DNA of 64,000 nt from Rhodoferax sp. (lineage in GTDB: Bacteria; Pseudomonadota; Gammaproteobacteria; Burkholderiales; Burkholderiaceae_C), in assembly GCF_011391645.1 (NCBI RefSeq), contig NZ_JAABQC010000002.1, positions 726 to 64,725 on the forward strand, given 5' to 3'. A program made the translations under genes and the position numbers. Below are positions 21,431 to 31,396 of this stretch, in pieces. Position 1 is the first letter of the stretch. Each line of letters begins with the position of its first letter. The notes below the pieces were generated by a model that saw nothing but the letters and a program-made list of their open reading frames with translations, did not search any database and was not told the DNA's origin.

Positions 21431-24400
21431 TCAAACCAGCACACGCTCAATGCCGCCGTCATTGGCCACCTTGACGTACTCGGGCATCCATTGTTCGCCC
21501 AGAATCTGCCGCGCCATCTCAACCACAATGTAATCGGCTTGCATCAGTCCGTTTTGCAGATCGTCGCCGAAGCGGCTCAAGCCCTGCAGGCAGGCCGGGC
21601 ATGAGGTCAACATCTTGATGTTGTCCTCGGCGCCAACTCCCGGAATCTGGCGCAACTGCGCCTCACCCTTGAGTATCTCTTCTTCCTTGCGAAAACGCAC
21701 CTGGGTTGAGATGTCGGGCCGGTTCAGGGCCAGCGTGCCAGATTCACCGCAGCAGCGCTCGGACTGGATCACATTGTCACCCAGCAAGGCTTTGACGGTC
21801 TTGATCGGCTCCTGCAGCTTCATCGGACTGTGGCACGGATCGTGGAACAAAAACGCCCCGGCGTTGGCCAGCGTGATACCTTTTTCAAGCAGGTATTCAT
21901 GGATGTCGATGATGCGGCAGCCAGGAAAAATCTTGTCAAACTCGTAGCCCTGCAACTGGTCATAACAGGTGCCACAACTCACCACCACTGTCTTGATGTC
22001 CAGGTAATTCAGTGTGTTGGCGACCCGGTGGAAAAGCACCCGGTTGTCGGTGATCATTTTCTCGGCCTTGTCGAACTGGCCGCCGCCACGCTGCGGATAA
22101 CCACAGCACAGGTAACCCGGCGGCAGCACCGTCTGCACCCCGGCGTGCCACAACATGGCTTGCGTGGCCAGTCCGACCTGGCTGAACAGGCGCTCGGAAC
22201 CACAACCGGGAAAATAAAACACCGCCTCGGTCTCGGCCGTGGTGGTTTTGGGGTTGCGGATGATCGGCACGTAGTCCTTGTCTTCAATATCGAGCAAGGC
22301 ACGCGCGGTCTTTTTGGGCAGGCCGCCGGGCAATTTTTTGTTGATGAAGTGAATCACCTGCTCCTTGATGGGCGCGGTGCCCAGCGTGGCCGGTGGTGCT
22401 TTGGTCTGCTTGCGGCCCATCACCTTCAACACATCGGCGGTCATGCGCTGCGCCTTGATGGCCACGTTGACCATCACCGAGCGCGCCAGTTTGATGGTCT
22501 CGGGGTTGGTGGCATTGAGCATGAACATGGCTGCAGCCCCGGCTGGCCTGAAGCTCTTCTTGCCCATTTTGCGCAGCAGATTGCGCATGTTCATCGAAAC
22601 GTCACCGAAATCTATATTGACCGGGCACGGTGACAGGCACTTGTGGCAGACCGTGCAGTGGTCGGCCACGTCTTCAAATTCCTGCCAGTGTTTGATGGAC
22701 ACACCCCGGCGCGTTTGCTCCTCGTACAGAAAGGCTTCCACCAGGAGCGAGGTGGCCAGAATTTTGTTGCGCGGGCTGTACAGCAAATTGGCGCGCGGCA
22801 CATGGGTGGCGCACACCGGCTTGCACTTGCCGCAGCGCAGGCAGTCTTTCACGCTGTCGGCAATGGCGCCGATGTCTGACTGCTGCATGATCAACGACTC
22901 GTGCCCCATCAGGCCAAAGCTGGGGGTGTAGGCGTTGGTCAAATCGGCATAAAGACCTGGCTGCGTCTGATTGTTGCGCAACAGCTTGCCCTTGTTAAAA
23001 CGCCCTTGCGGATCGACCCTGGCCTTGTAGTCGGTGAACGGCTGCAACTCGGCATCGCTCAAAAATTCGAGCTTGGTGATGCCAATGCCGTGTTCACCCG
23101 AGATCACGCCATCCAGGCTGCGGGCCAGCGCCATGATGCGTTTGACCGCGCCATGCGCGGCTTGCAGCATGGCATAGTCGTCGCTGTTGACGGGCAAGTT
23201 GGTGTGCACATTGCCGTCACCGGCATGCATGTGCAACGCCACCCAGACGCGACCCTTGAGCACCCGCTGGTGAATGGCGTTGCATTCTTTCAGGATGGCT
23301 TCAAAGGCAACGCCACCAAAAATTTGCTGCAGTGGCTGGCGAATCTGCGTCTTCCAGCTGGCACGCAGCGAATGGTCCTGCAGTTGGGCAAACAGCGGTT
23401 CGACATCGCGCAGCCAACCTGACCAAAGCGATTTCACCTCGTCAAGCAGCACCAGCGCCTGGGCCACGCGGTCTTCCAGCAGTTCGGCAGCGCTGATCTC
23501 ATTGGCGTCGTCCTGTCGGTCCACGGGGAGATGGCCTTGCCTGAAAAAATCTTGCAAGGCATCACACAGCGCCAGCTTGTTGCGCAGGCTCAGCTCGATG
23601 TTGATGCGCTCGATGCCGTCGGTGTACTCAGCCATGCGTGGCAGCGGGATCACCACGTCCTCGTTGATTTTGAAGGCGTTGGTATGTTTGCTGATGGCCG
23701 CCGTGCGCTTGCGATCAAGCCAGAATTTCTTGCGCGCTTCAGGGCTGATGGCAATAAAGCCCTCACCGCTGCGCGAGTTGGCGATGCGAACCACTTCGCT
23801 GGTGACGCGGGCCACCTCGTCGGCATCGTTGCCCGCAATATCGCCAAACAGTACCATTTTGGGCACGCCGCCACTGCTCAGGGCTGCGCCGCGTTTGCTC
23901 TTGGTAGCATATCCCACCGCCTTCAGGTAACGGTCATCCAGGTGCTCCAGCCCGGCCAGCAGCACGCCAGAGCGCTTTTGCTCGGCGAACATGAAGTCCT
24001 TGATCTCGACAATGCTCGGCACCGCGTCCCTGGCATTGCCAAAAAACTCCAGGCATACGGTGCGTGTGTGCTTGGGCATACGGTGCACCACCCAGCGCGC
24101 GCTGGTGATCAGGCCGTCACAGCCTTCTTTTTGAATGCCCGGCAGTCCGCTCAAAAACTTGTCGGTCACATCCTTGCCCAGGCCTTCCTTGCGAAAGCTT
24201 TTGCCGGGAATGTCCAGCTGTTCTTTGCGAATGGGTGTTTTGCCGTCAGCCTTGAAATACTGCAGCTCAAAGCTGGCCACCTCTGCATCATGGATCTTGC
24301 CCATGTTGTGATTGATGCGGGTCACTTCCAGCCATTCGGCCTGCGGTGTCACCATGCGCCAGCTGGCCAAATTGTCCAGCGAGGTGCCCCAAAGTACGGC

Positions 24401-25327
24401 TTTTTTTCCACCGGCATTCATGGCAATGTTGCCGCCAATACAGGATGCATCGGCCGAGGTGGGATCCACCGCGAACACAAACCCGGCGCGCTCGGCGGCA
24501 TGAGCCACGCGGCTGGTGACCACACCGGCTTCAGTCCAGACCGTGCCGACTTCATGGTCAAGGCCCGGCAGCACGCGCATTTCGACCTCGGTCATGGCTT
24601 CCAGCTTTTCGGTGTTGATGACCACACTCTTCCAAGTGAGCGGAATCGCGCCGCCGGTGTAACCCGTGCCGCCGCCGCGCGGGATGATGGTCAGGTCCAG
24701 TTCAATACATCCCTTCACCAGATTCGCCATCTCGGCCTCGGAGTCGGGCGTCAGCACCACAAACGGGTACTCCACGCGCCAGTCGGTGGCATCCGTCACA
24801 TGGCTGACGCGGCTCAGACCGTCAAATTTGATGTTGTCCTTGGCGGTCAGCCTGACCAGCACTTTTTGGGACTGGCGGCGCAGCGTGGCAGTTTCCACAA
24901 AATGGGCATCGAAGGCTTGCACGGCCCGACGCGCCACATCGAGCAATTGACCGACCAGCGCATCGCGCTCGGGATCGTCGGCGGGCGTGCGGCGCTTTTC
25001 TATTTCACCCAGACGGTGCTGCAGGGCTTGCACCAGCAGCACCCGGCGTTTCGGGTTGTCGAGCAGGTCGTCCTGCAAATACGGGTTGCGCTGCACCACC
25101 CAGATGTCACCCAGCACCTCGTACAACATGCGGGCTGATCGGCCCGTGCGGCGTTCATCGCGCAGTTTGTTGAGCCAGCCCCAGGCTGGTGCGCCGAGCA
25201 GTCGAATGACGATTTCGCGGTCAGAAAAAGAGGTGTAGTTGTAGGGGATTTCGCGGATGCGTTCGGGCTCATGCGGCGTCATGGCGCCAGCAGGCAATAG
25301 AGTCTTGAGCGGTGTGGGGGCGTTCAT
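21431..25327 (-). CDS. Large FAD-binding and 4Fe-4S oxidoreductase (DUF3683/DUF3400-type)
   Basis: [59 protein letters not shown] and CCG repeats. Confidence 0.85.
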   Translation of the reverse strand: MNAPTPLKTLLPAGAMTPHEPERIREIPYNYTSFSDREIVIRLLGAPAWGWLNKLRDERRTGRSARMLYEVLGDIWVVQRNPYLQDDLLDNPKRRVLLVQALQHRLGEIEKRRTPADDPERDALVGQLLDVARRAVQAFDAHFVETATLRRQSQKVLVRLTAKDNIKFDGLSRVSHVTDATDWRVEYPFVVLTPDSEAEMANLVKGCIELDLTIIPRGGGTGYTGGAIPLTWKSVVINTEKLEAMTEVEMRVLPGLDHEVGTVWTEAGVVTSRVAHAAERAGFVFAVDPTSADASCIGGNIAMNAGGKKAVLWGTSLDNLASWRMVTPQAEWLEVTRINHNMGKIHDAEVASFELQYFKADGKTPIRKEQLDIPGKSFRKEGLGKDVTDKFLSGLPGIQKEGCDGLITSARWVVHRMPKHTRTVCLEFFGNARDAVPSIVEIKDFMFAEQKRSGVLLAGLEHLDDRYLKAVGYATKSKRGAALSSGGVPKMVLFGDIAGNDADEVARVTSEVVRIANSRSGEGFIAISPEARKKFWLDRKRTAAISKHTNAFKINEDVVIPLPRMAEYTDGIERINIELSLRNKLALCDALQDFFRQGHLPVDRQDDANEISAAELLEDRVAQALVLLDEVKSLWSGWLRDVEPLFAQLQDHSLRASWKTQIRQPLQQIFGGVAFEAILKECNAIHQRVLKGRVWVALHMHAGDGNVHTNLPVNSDDYAMLQAAHGAVKRIMALARSLDGVISGEHGIGITKLEFLSDAELQPFTDYKARVDPQGRFNKGKLLRNNQTQPGLYADLTNAYTPSFGLMGHESLIMQQSDIGAIADSVKDCLRCGKCKPVCATHVPRANLLYSPRNKILATSLLVEAFLYEEQTRRGVSIKHWQEFEDVADHCTVCHKCLSPCPVNIDFGDVSMNMRNLLRKMGKKSFRPAGAAAMFMLNATNPETIKLARSVMVNVAIKAQRMTADVLKVMGRKQTKAPPATLGTAPIKEQVIHFINKKLPGGLPKKTARALLDIEDKDYVPIIRNPKTTTAETEAVFYFPGCGSERLFSQVGLATQAMLWHAGVQTVLPPGYLCCGYPQRGGGQFDKAEKMITDNRVLFHRVANTLNYLDIKTVVVSCGTCYDQLQGYEFDKIFPGCRIIDIHEYLLEKGITLANAGAFLFHDPCHSPMKLQEPIKTVKALLGDNVIQSERCCGESGTLALNRPDISTQVRFRKEEEILKGEAQLRQIPGVGAEDNIKMLTSCPACLQGLSRFGDDLQNGLMQADYIVVEMARQILGEQWMPEYVKVANDGGIERVLV

Positions 25328-25507
25328 CGGAAAAGTTTGTTAGCAGCCATGGCGGGCGATTGCGCACTGGCACAAAGGCACTTTCAAGCCGAGACGGCGA
25401 TGGTACCGCAGCGCTGCATTCCCCTTGCTGGGGACATGGAAACTGTTCAAAAGGCACCAAATTCATGCATCAACCGCTAAACAGGCATTGTTATTGCTTG
25501 GACTGCA

Positions 25508-27340
25508 ATGACCAACTCACTTATATCTATCGTGGCTATTTCCCCAATTCAAGATTACCTTCAAACCTTGATCGCCCGTTTCAGCGGGTTGAGCGAGGGT
25601 GAGGTGGCTGATTACATTCCCGAACTCAAGCTGGCAAACCCCGACTGGTTCGGGATTTGTATCGCCACGCAAGACGGTCATATCTACGAAGTGGGCGACA
25701 GCCAGCAGCACTTCACCATTCAATCAGTCTCCAAACCCCTGACTTACGGGCGGGCACTGGAGCAGCATGGCGAAGCAGCCGTGCTTAAAAAAATTGGCAT
25801 CGAACCTTCGGGCGATGCTTTTAATGCCATCAGCCTTCATCCGACAAGCGGCACACCGCTGAATCCCTTGATCAACGCAGGCGCCATTGCCGCTTGCAGC
25901 CTGATTCCCGGTGACAGCATGCAGGAAAAATCAGCCGTCATTCTGGAGACCTTTTCCCGCTACGCCGGCCGTGCGCTTGACATCGACCACACGGTCTATC
26001 AGTCAGAAAGCGACACCGGCCACCGCAACCGCGCCATCGGCTGGATGCTGCGCAACTTCTCCGTGATCGAATGCGACCCCACGGCAACGTTGGAAGCGTA
26101 TTTTCAGCAATGCGCCATACGTGTCACCTGCCGTGATCTGGCCATCATGGGCGCAACGCTTGCCAATGGGGGCCTCAACCCGATCACCGGCAAGCGGGCG
26201 ATCCCTGAAAAATATGTTGCCAATGTGCTTTCGGTGATGGCCACCTGCGGCATGTACGATGCTTCGGGAGAATGGCTTTACGACACCGGCATGCCAGCCA
26301 AGAGCGGTGTGGGCGGTGGCATCATGGCCGTGCTGCCGGGTCGACTGGGGATTGCCGTGTTTTCACCCAGGCTCGATCAGCAAGGCAACAGTGTTCGCGG
26401 ACTTGCCACGTGCCAGGCTTTGGCTGACGATCTGGAACTGCACATGTTTGGTGCATCGCAGCCGGCCATTCCCGCCATTCGCAGAGCCACCTCGCGCAAA
26501 TCCGTCAAGTCCAACCTGCGCCGCACCCAGGCGGCCAATGACTACCTCTTGCGTGTTGGTAAGAAGCTGCGCGTGTACCAACTGCATGGCGCACTGACTT
26601 TTGCCTCCATTGAGCCAGTTGCCCGAACCATGGCAGACGAATCTGCCCAGACTGAGGTTTTTATCGTGAACCTCAGACTGGTCCATCGCATTGACCGCGC
26701 CAGCGTGAATATTCTGGCTGAGCTGCGCAGAGATTTGATCGGTACTGGCAAGTTGTTGTTTTTTACCGAATCAGGAAACTTCTGGCAACCATTAATAGAC
26801 GCTGGCGTTGATCGGGAGGCCTTCTTTGCCGACGACGACTTTGCGTTGGAGTGTGGCGAGAACCATTTGCTTGGCGACCGCTTTCCGAACCTGGCCTGGG
26901 GCAGCGAGACCCCGTTGGAAAAATGCGACCTCTTGCTTGAGCTCAACCCGGATGAACTGGCCTTGATGGATCGGCTTTTGTTTTATCGAAATTATCTTAA
27001 AGGGCAAAACATCATCACCGCTGGCCAAGCCTCCAACGAACTGTTTGTTTTGACCAAGGGATCGGCCATGGTCAGCATGGCAACCCAGGACGGCATTGCC
27101 CGCTTTGACGCATTTTCTTCAGGTGCAGCCTTTGGCGAAGTCGCTTTTCTGGACCGGTCTCCGCGCTCGGCGAACGTGACCGCGCTTAGTCCGGTGACGT
27201 GCCGGATACTTACCCGCGAAGCGTTTGACCAGCTTGACACACTAGCGCCAGCCATCAAGATCCACTTGCTGAGCAACCTGGCAGGCAGGTTGACCACCAT
27301 GCTGCGCCATAACGGGCGGGAACTGGCATCTCTCAAGTAG
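25508..27340 (+). CDS. glsA: Glutaminase A fused to STAS and cNMP-binding domains
   Basis: FTIQSVSKP (SxxK), EPSG, NPLINAGAI, YFQQC, CGMYD, PAKSGVGGG; then a STAS-like segment; then FGEVAFLDRSPRSANV (phosphate-binding cassette). Confidence 0.9.
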   Translation: MTNSLISIVAISPIQDYLQTLIARFSGLSEGEVADYIPELKLANPDWFGICIATQDGHIYEVGDSQQHFTIQSVSKPLTYGRALEQHGEAAVLKKIGIEPSGDAFNAISLHPTSGTPLNPLINAGAIAACSLIPGDSMQEKSAVILETFSRYAGRALDIDHTVYQSESDTGHRNRAIGWMLRNFSVIECDPTATLEAYFQQCAIRVTCRDLAIMGATLANGGLNPITGKRAIPEKYVANVLSVMATCGMYDASGEWLYDTGMPAKSGVGGGIMAVLPGRLGIAVFSPRLDQQGNSVRGLATCQALADDLELHMFGASQPAIPAIRRATSRKSVKSNLRRTQAANDYLLRVGKKLRVYQLHGALTFASIEPVARTMADESAQTEVFIVNLRLVHRIDRASVNILAELRRDLIGTGKLLFFTESGNFWQPLIDAGVDREAFFADDDFALECGENHLLGDRFPNLAWGSETPLEKCDLLLELNPDELALMDRLLFYRNYLKGQNIITAGQASNELFVLTKGSAMVSMATQDGIARFDAFSSGAAFGEVAFLDRSPRSANVTALSPVTCRILTREAFDQLDTLAPAIKIHLLSNLAGRLTTMLRHNGRELASLK

Positions 27341-27415
27341 CCAGGTTCGTGTTCAAATACGTCCACTCTTTACAGTGTAAAAACTGTTTTTGTGTAGACC
27401 GAGGAGCACTTAAGC

Positions 27416-28786
27416 GTGGCAATTGCAACAATCAACCGCATCATTATTTTGTTTGATGGTGCATTTCGGTCCTTGGCGGTCGATGTGCCGATGGTGAAAG
27501 TGGAGCAACTGGCCATGCTGATCCAGACTGCCATGAGTGGGAAAAAGCGGGCTTTTCACACCACCAAGCATGTTTTGCATTTGAGCCGGGGGATGAAGCC
27601 GGAACAGGTGCTGGCTGCGCTGTTTCATGATGTGGTGTATTTCCAACTCGATGGCGGCTTGTCGGGACAGACCGCCACGCTGCTTGACGGCATCACACGA
27701 TCAGAAAATGACGCCCTGCTGCTTGGTGAAATCAAGCCCGAAGACAAAGCGGTTGCGCTGTGTGCCGATCTTTTTGGCTTCGTGCCAGGTCAAACCTTGC
27801 CACTGCAAAGGGGAATGAATGAGTTTCTCAGTGCGGCCTTGGCAGCCCGTCTTCTTCAGCACTATCTGAGCGATGCGCAACTGATCGCCGTATTTGCCTG
27901 TATCGAAATGACGATCCCTTTCCGGGCACCGGACGAGAGCGGACGGACAGCCGCCCAGTTGCTTGCACAGCGTGTGTTGGCCTTTTGCCACAAACCAGGG
28001 GGCTTTCCTTCACTTTCGGAACAGGACGCGGCACGATTTGTTCGGACGGTTGTCACGGATGCCGTCGTTTTTGCCAACCGGGATCTTTCCGGATTCACCG
28101 ACCCCAACCCTGGACGGTGCTTGTCAAACACGCTTTTGCTGATTGAGGAGTCAATGCCTCATTATGCGGCGCTGAGTTTCAGTTCGATTCAGGAGTACCG
28201 GGACGCCCTGCTGCGCATGGATGCCTTCTTGAGCAAGCTTAACCCGAAGCTTGTCTGCCAGAGTTACGACAACCTGCCAGATGCAAATACCCGGCTGGAA
28301 ATGGACGCCGCAGTGGCTAAGAACATCGCGTTTTCATGCGATTACCTAGCCGCCATACTGGCCTCGATGGCCGTCGTCGAGGCATTGGCACTGAGCACCG
28401 GGTCTGACTGCCCAATCGGCATGTTTCTCGGCGACAAGTCGCAGTCCTTGAACGAACCAGACCAGATCGAAGAACTTCTGCCGGTACCGCCTGCCGGGCA
28501 GCCGGTCAACGCCGAGTTGCTGCAACTTTTTGGAAATGACCACTTGCTGGATTCGATCAATGACCTGACGGCATCGCCTCTGACGGAATTCGTCTACCGG
28601 TTTCTGGGTCAACCCGGAACCCAGCGTGCGCTTGGGCAGGCCAAACAGATGTTTGACGGGCATTTGTCGGCGCGCGAATTCCTGAAGTCCCTGGATCGCA
28701 ACATGGTCCTCGCCATCGTTCATGCGTGTGCGCAAATTGCCGTGTCCCGGCGGGGCGCGCTCCTGGAACTCGAACAAAATCTATAG
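27416..28786 (+). CDS. Uncharacterised protein with an HD-like metal-binding motif
   Basis: GAGGAG RBS before a GTG start; RAFHTTKH...LAALFHDVVY...ANRDLSGF. The CDS is well supported; the function is inferred. Confidence 0.7.
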   Translation: MAIATINRIIILFDGAFRSLAVDVPMVKVEQLAMLIQTAMSGKKRAFHTTKHVLHLSRGMKPEQVLAALFHDVVYFQLDGGLSGQTATLLDGITRSENDALLLGEIKPEDKAVALCADLFGFVPGQTLPLQRGMNEFLSAALAARLLQHYLSDAQLIAVFACIEMTIPFRAPDESGRTAAQLLAQRVLAFCHKPGGFPSLSEQDAARFVRTVVTDAVVFANRDLSGFTDPNPGRCLSNTLLLIEESMPHYAALSFSSIQEYRDALLRMDAFLSKLNPKLVCQSYDNLPDANTRLEMDAAVAKNIAFSCDYLAAILASMAVVEALALSTGSDCPIGMFLGDKSQSLNEPDQIEELLPVPPAGQPVNAELLQLFGNDHLLDSINDLTASPLTEFVYRFLGQPGTQRALGQAKQMFDGHLSAREFLKSLDRNMVLAIVHACAQIAVSRRGALLELEQNL

Positions 28787-28845
28787 ATTAGTTCCGTCTT
28801 ATTTAATAGCGTATTTTGGGTGGGGCTGATCGCTAATTTGTAAGT

Positions 28846-28878
28846 TTATTTTGCAATAACGTAAAAATTGTATATAAA
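28846..28878 (+). promoter_or_regulatory. Putative sigma70 promoter with overlapping inverted repeat upstream of the FecR-domain gene
   Basis: TTGCAA (28851-56), 16 nt spacer, TATAAA (28873-78); TTATT-N4-AATAA overlaps the -35; AT-rich intergenic region; AAGGAG RBS downstream. Confidence 0.45.
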
Positions 28879-28904
28879 CGTGTTTTTTCAAGGAGTAACT
28901 CAAA

Positions 28905-29378
28905 ATGACACATAGCATTCGGCAATTTCTAACCGCCAGCGCGATTCTGATGCTGGCTTCGGCTGCAGCCCTGTCCCAAGCCCACGCCGAGGTCGTCGGA
29001 TCCGTCAAGACTGTCACCGGTGAAGCCTGGGTGATCACAGCCCAGCAGCGCGTCAAGGCACAGGTTGGCACTCCCGTGAATTTGGGCAGTCAGCTCAAGA
29101 CCGCCAAGGCATCCAGCATGGGCGTGACGTTCAAAGACAACACGCTGATGTCCTTCGGGCCCGACACCGAAATGACGGTTGACGAGTTTCTTTTTGCCCC
29201 GACCCAGGGGCAGCTCAAATTGGGCACCCGGTTGGACAAGGGCAGCCTGAATTACGTCTCCGGCCTGATCGCCAAGCTCAAGCCCGAAGCGGTTACTGTC
29301 AAGACACCCACCGGCACCATTGGTGTGCGTGGCACCCAGTTCCTGCTCAATGTGGATGAGCCTGCCAAAGTCAACTGA
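28905..29378 (+). CDS. Periplasmic FecR-domain protein (no anti-sigma N-terminus)
   Basis: Sec signal ending AHA; FKDNTLMSFGPDT and VKTPTGTIGVRGTQF motifs. Confidence 0.85.
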   Translation: MTHSIRQFLTASAILMLASAAALSQAHAEVVGSVKTVTGEAWVITAQQRVKAQVGTPVNLGSQLKTAKASSMGVTFKDNTLMSFGPDTEMTVDEFLFAPTQGQLKLGTRLDKGSLNYVSGLIAKLKPEAVTVKTPTGTIGVRGTQFLLNVDEPAKVN

Positions 29379-29414
29379 TCCATCAGAATAAGAGCAACAC
29401 TGACAGAGGCCCGC

Positions 29415-31370
29415 ATGACTACAAAAACGAAATTGACGGCATTGACGCTGGCCCTGCTGGGCTGCTGGGGCGCCCAGGCCCAGGCCATGCCAGAGGCACT
29501 GGTCAAAGCTGCCCGCCAGGCGGTTCTGACCAATCCTGAAGTGCAGGCGCGCTGGAACGGTTTCAAGGCCGCCGGGCAAGAACAGTCGACTGCGCGCGGT
29601 GGCTATTTTCCCCAGCTTGATTTGAGAGCATCGGTGGGCAGTGAAAACCGCACCACCCCCGCCACCGATTACGGCCGCTACGACATCAACGGCGCCCAGC
29701 TCACACTCAACCAGATGCTGTTTGACGGCCTGTTCACACCCAGCGAAGTCAAACGTCTGGGCTATGCCAAGCTCGTTCGTTACTATGAGCTGGCAGAAAT
29801 TTCCGAAACCGCCGCCCTGGAAGCGGTGCGCGCTTATGTTGACGTGGCGCGATTCCAGGAACAGGTGGAAGCCGCCACGCAAAACTATGCCGAGCACAAA
29901 CAATCTGCCCAGTTGGTTGAGGAGCGCAACAAGGGCGGCGTTGGACGTCGCGCCGACGTCGAGCAGGCCAGTGGTCGCCTGGCGCAGGCCGAATCCAGCT
30001 TGCTGGCCGAACTGACCAATCTGCACGACGCCAGCGCGCGCTACCTGCGTGTGGTCGGCGAAAAACCGCCCGGCAAGTTGCCAAGCCTGCCCGAATCACT
30101 CAGTCTGGGCCGCATGCCAGCCAATACCGAAGCACTGTTGCAGCAAGGTTTGTCGGGCAGCCCGACTCTGAATGCAGCGCTTGAAAACACACGCGCCTAC
30201 CAGCAAGCCATTGCCACCCGGCAAGCGGCTTTCATGCCGCGTGTTGATCTGCGTGGCTACGTCAGCCAGGACGAAAATCTCTCGGGGGATTTGGGCACGA
30301 CCGATGTCAAAGGGGTTGAACTGGTTCTCAACTACAACCTTTACCGTGGTGGCGCGGACAGCGCCAGGAAGCGCCAGGCAGAAGACCAGCGGGCCCAGGC
30401 ACGCGACCTGCAGGAGAAAGCCTGCCGCGACGTGCGCCAGACGCTGACCATCGCCTACAGTGACGTGCAAAACCTGAGCGAGCAACAGCGCTACCTGAAT
30501 CAATACCGCCTGGCAACTGAAAAATCGCGCGAAGCCTATCGCCAGCAGTTCGACATCGGTCAACGCACCCTGCTCGATGTGCTGGACAGTCAAAAAGAAT
30601 ACTACGAAGCCAGCCGCTCTTACATCAATGCCCGTCATGGCGAGGTGCTGGCGCAGGCGCGCACGCTGGCCGGCATGGGTCAACTGGTGGCGGCGATGGG
30701 TGTCCAGCGCCCCGATATGCCAAGCGCCGCCGATGCAGGACAGGACCGGGACCACACCGACCCGGCTGATTTATGCCCGCTGGACACCAGCGTGGTGGAC
30801 ACCGTGGATGCCATCAAGGCCAGATTTGTGACCAAGGGCCCAGGCTCCTACGTGGTGCTGATCCCGAGTCCGGACGGCAGTATCGGACGGGTGACGGTGC
30901 AGGGCAAGCAGGGCGAGCAGGTTCTGAACAAGGCCGGACAAGCCGTCTCTCTGGATGGCATCACCCCAGTGCCGATCGACGTGAGCGAGCAAAAAGTGAA
31001 GGCGGATTTTGGCTCGGCGATCGCTGCGCGTCCACCCGTGCCTGAACAGTTTGTGTTTTATTTCAAGTTGGGGAGCACGCAACTGACCAAAGAATCCCAG
31101 GCGCTGCTACCTAGCGTGCTGGAAAAAGTGCGCGCGCGCCAGACCCTGGACATTTGGTTGATCGGCCACACGGACACCACAGGCGACGCCAAACGCAACG
31201 ATGCGCTGGGACTCAAACGGGCGCAGGTGCTGGCCAGGAATTTTGAGAAACTCGGGATCAAGGACCTGAATGTGACTGTCGAGTCCTACGGCGAGCGAAG
31301 CCCCCTGGTGGCTACTCCTGACAACACGCCCGAACAGCGAAACCGCCGCGCCGAAGCAACTTTGCGCTAG
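29415..31370 (+). CDS. TolC-family outer membrane protein fused to a C-terminal OmpA-like peptidoglycan-binding domain
   Basis: TolC-like part: AVLTNPEV, GGYFPQLDL, QMLFDG, QFDIGQRTLLDVLD. OmpA part: IGHTDTTG, LGLKRA, SYGE, NRRAE. Confidence 0.85.
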   Translation: MTTKTKLTALTLALLGCWGAQAQAMPEALVKAARQAVLTNPEVQARWNGFKAAGQEQSTARGGYFPQLDLRASVGSENRTTPATDYGRYDINGAQLTLNQMLFDGLFTPSEVKRLGYAKLVRYYELAEISETAALEAVRAYVDVARFQEQVEAATQNYAEHKQSAQLVEERNKGGVGRRADVEQASGRLAQAESSLLAELTNLHDASARYLRVVGEKPPGKLPSLPESLSLGRMPANTEALLQQGLSGSPTLNAALENTRAYQQAIATRQAAFMPRVDLRGYVSQDENLSGDLGTTDVKGVELVLNYNLYRGGADSARKRQAEDQRAQARDLQEKACRDVRQTLTIAYSDVQNLSEQQRYLNQYRLATEKSREAYRQQFDIGQRTLLDVLDSQKEYYEASRSYINARHGEVLAQARTLAGMGQLVAAMGVQRPDMPSAADAGQDRDHTDPADLCPLDTSVVDTVDAIKARFVTKGPGSYVVLIPSPDGSIGRVTVQGKQGEQVLNKAGQAVSLDGITPVPIDVSEQKVKADFGSAIAARPPVPEQFVFYFKLGSTQLTKESQALLPSVLEKVRARQTLDIWLIGHTDTTGDAKRNDALGLKRAQVLARNFEKLGIKDLNVTVESYGERSPLVATPDNTPEQRNRRAEATLR

Positions 31371-31396
31371 GCTGGCTTCAGGCCTGCGGGCGGCGA

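Noticed and set aside
21400-21528. N-terminal extension of the DUF971 ORF
   Set aside because: It overlaps the 3' end of the upstream oxidoreductase, and a good RBS precedes ATG 21399.
25328-25507. attL/attR direct repeat of the tRNA 3' end, or an integrase bounding the accessory block
   Set aside because: By eye I found no copy of the tRNA 3' sequence at the left border and no recombinase or transposase ORF.
27372-27387. LexA SOS box
   Set aside because: The sequence is ACAG-N8-CTGT, the inverse arrangement of CTGT-N8-ACAG.
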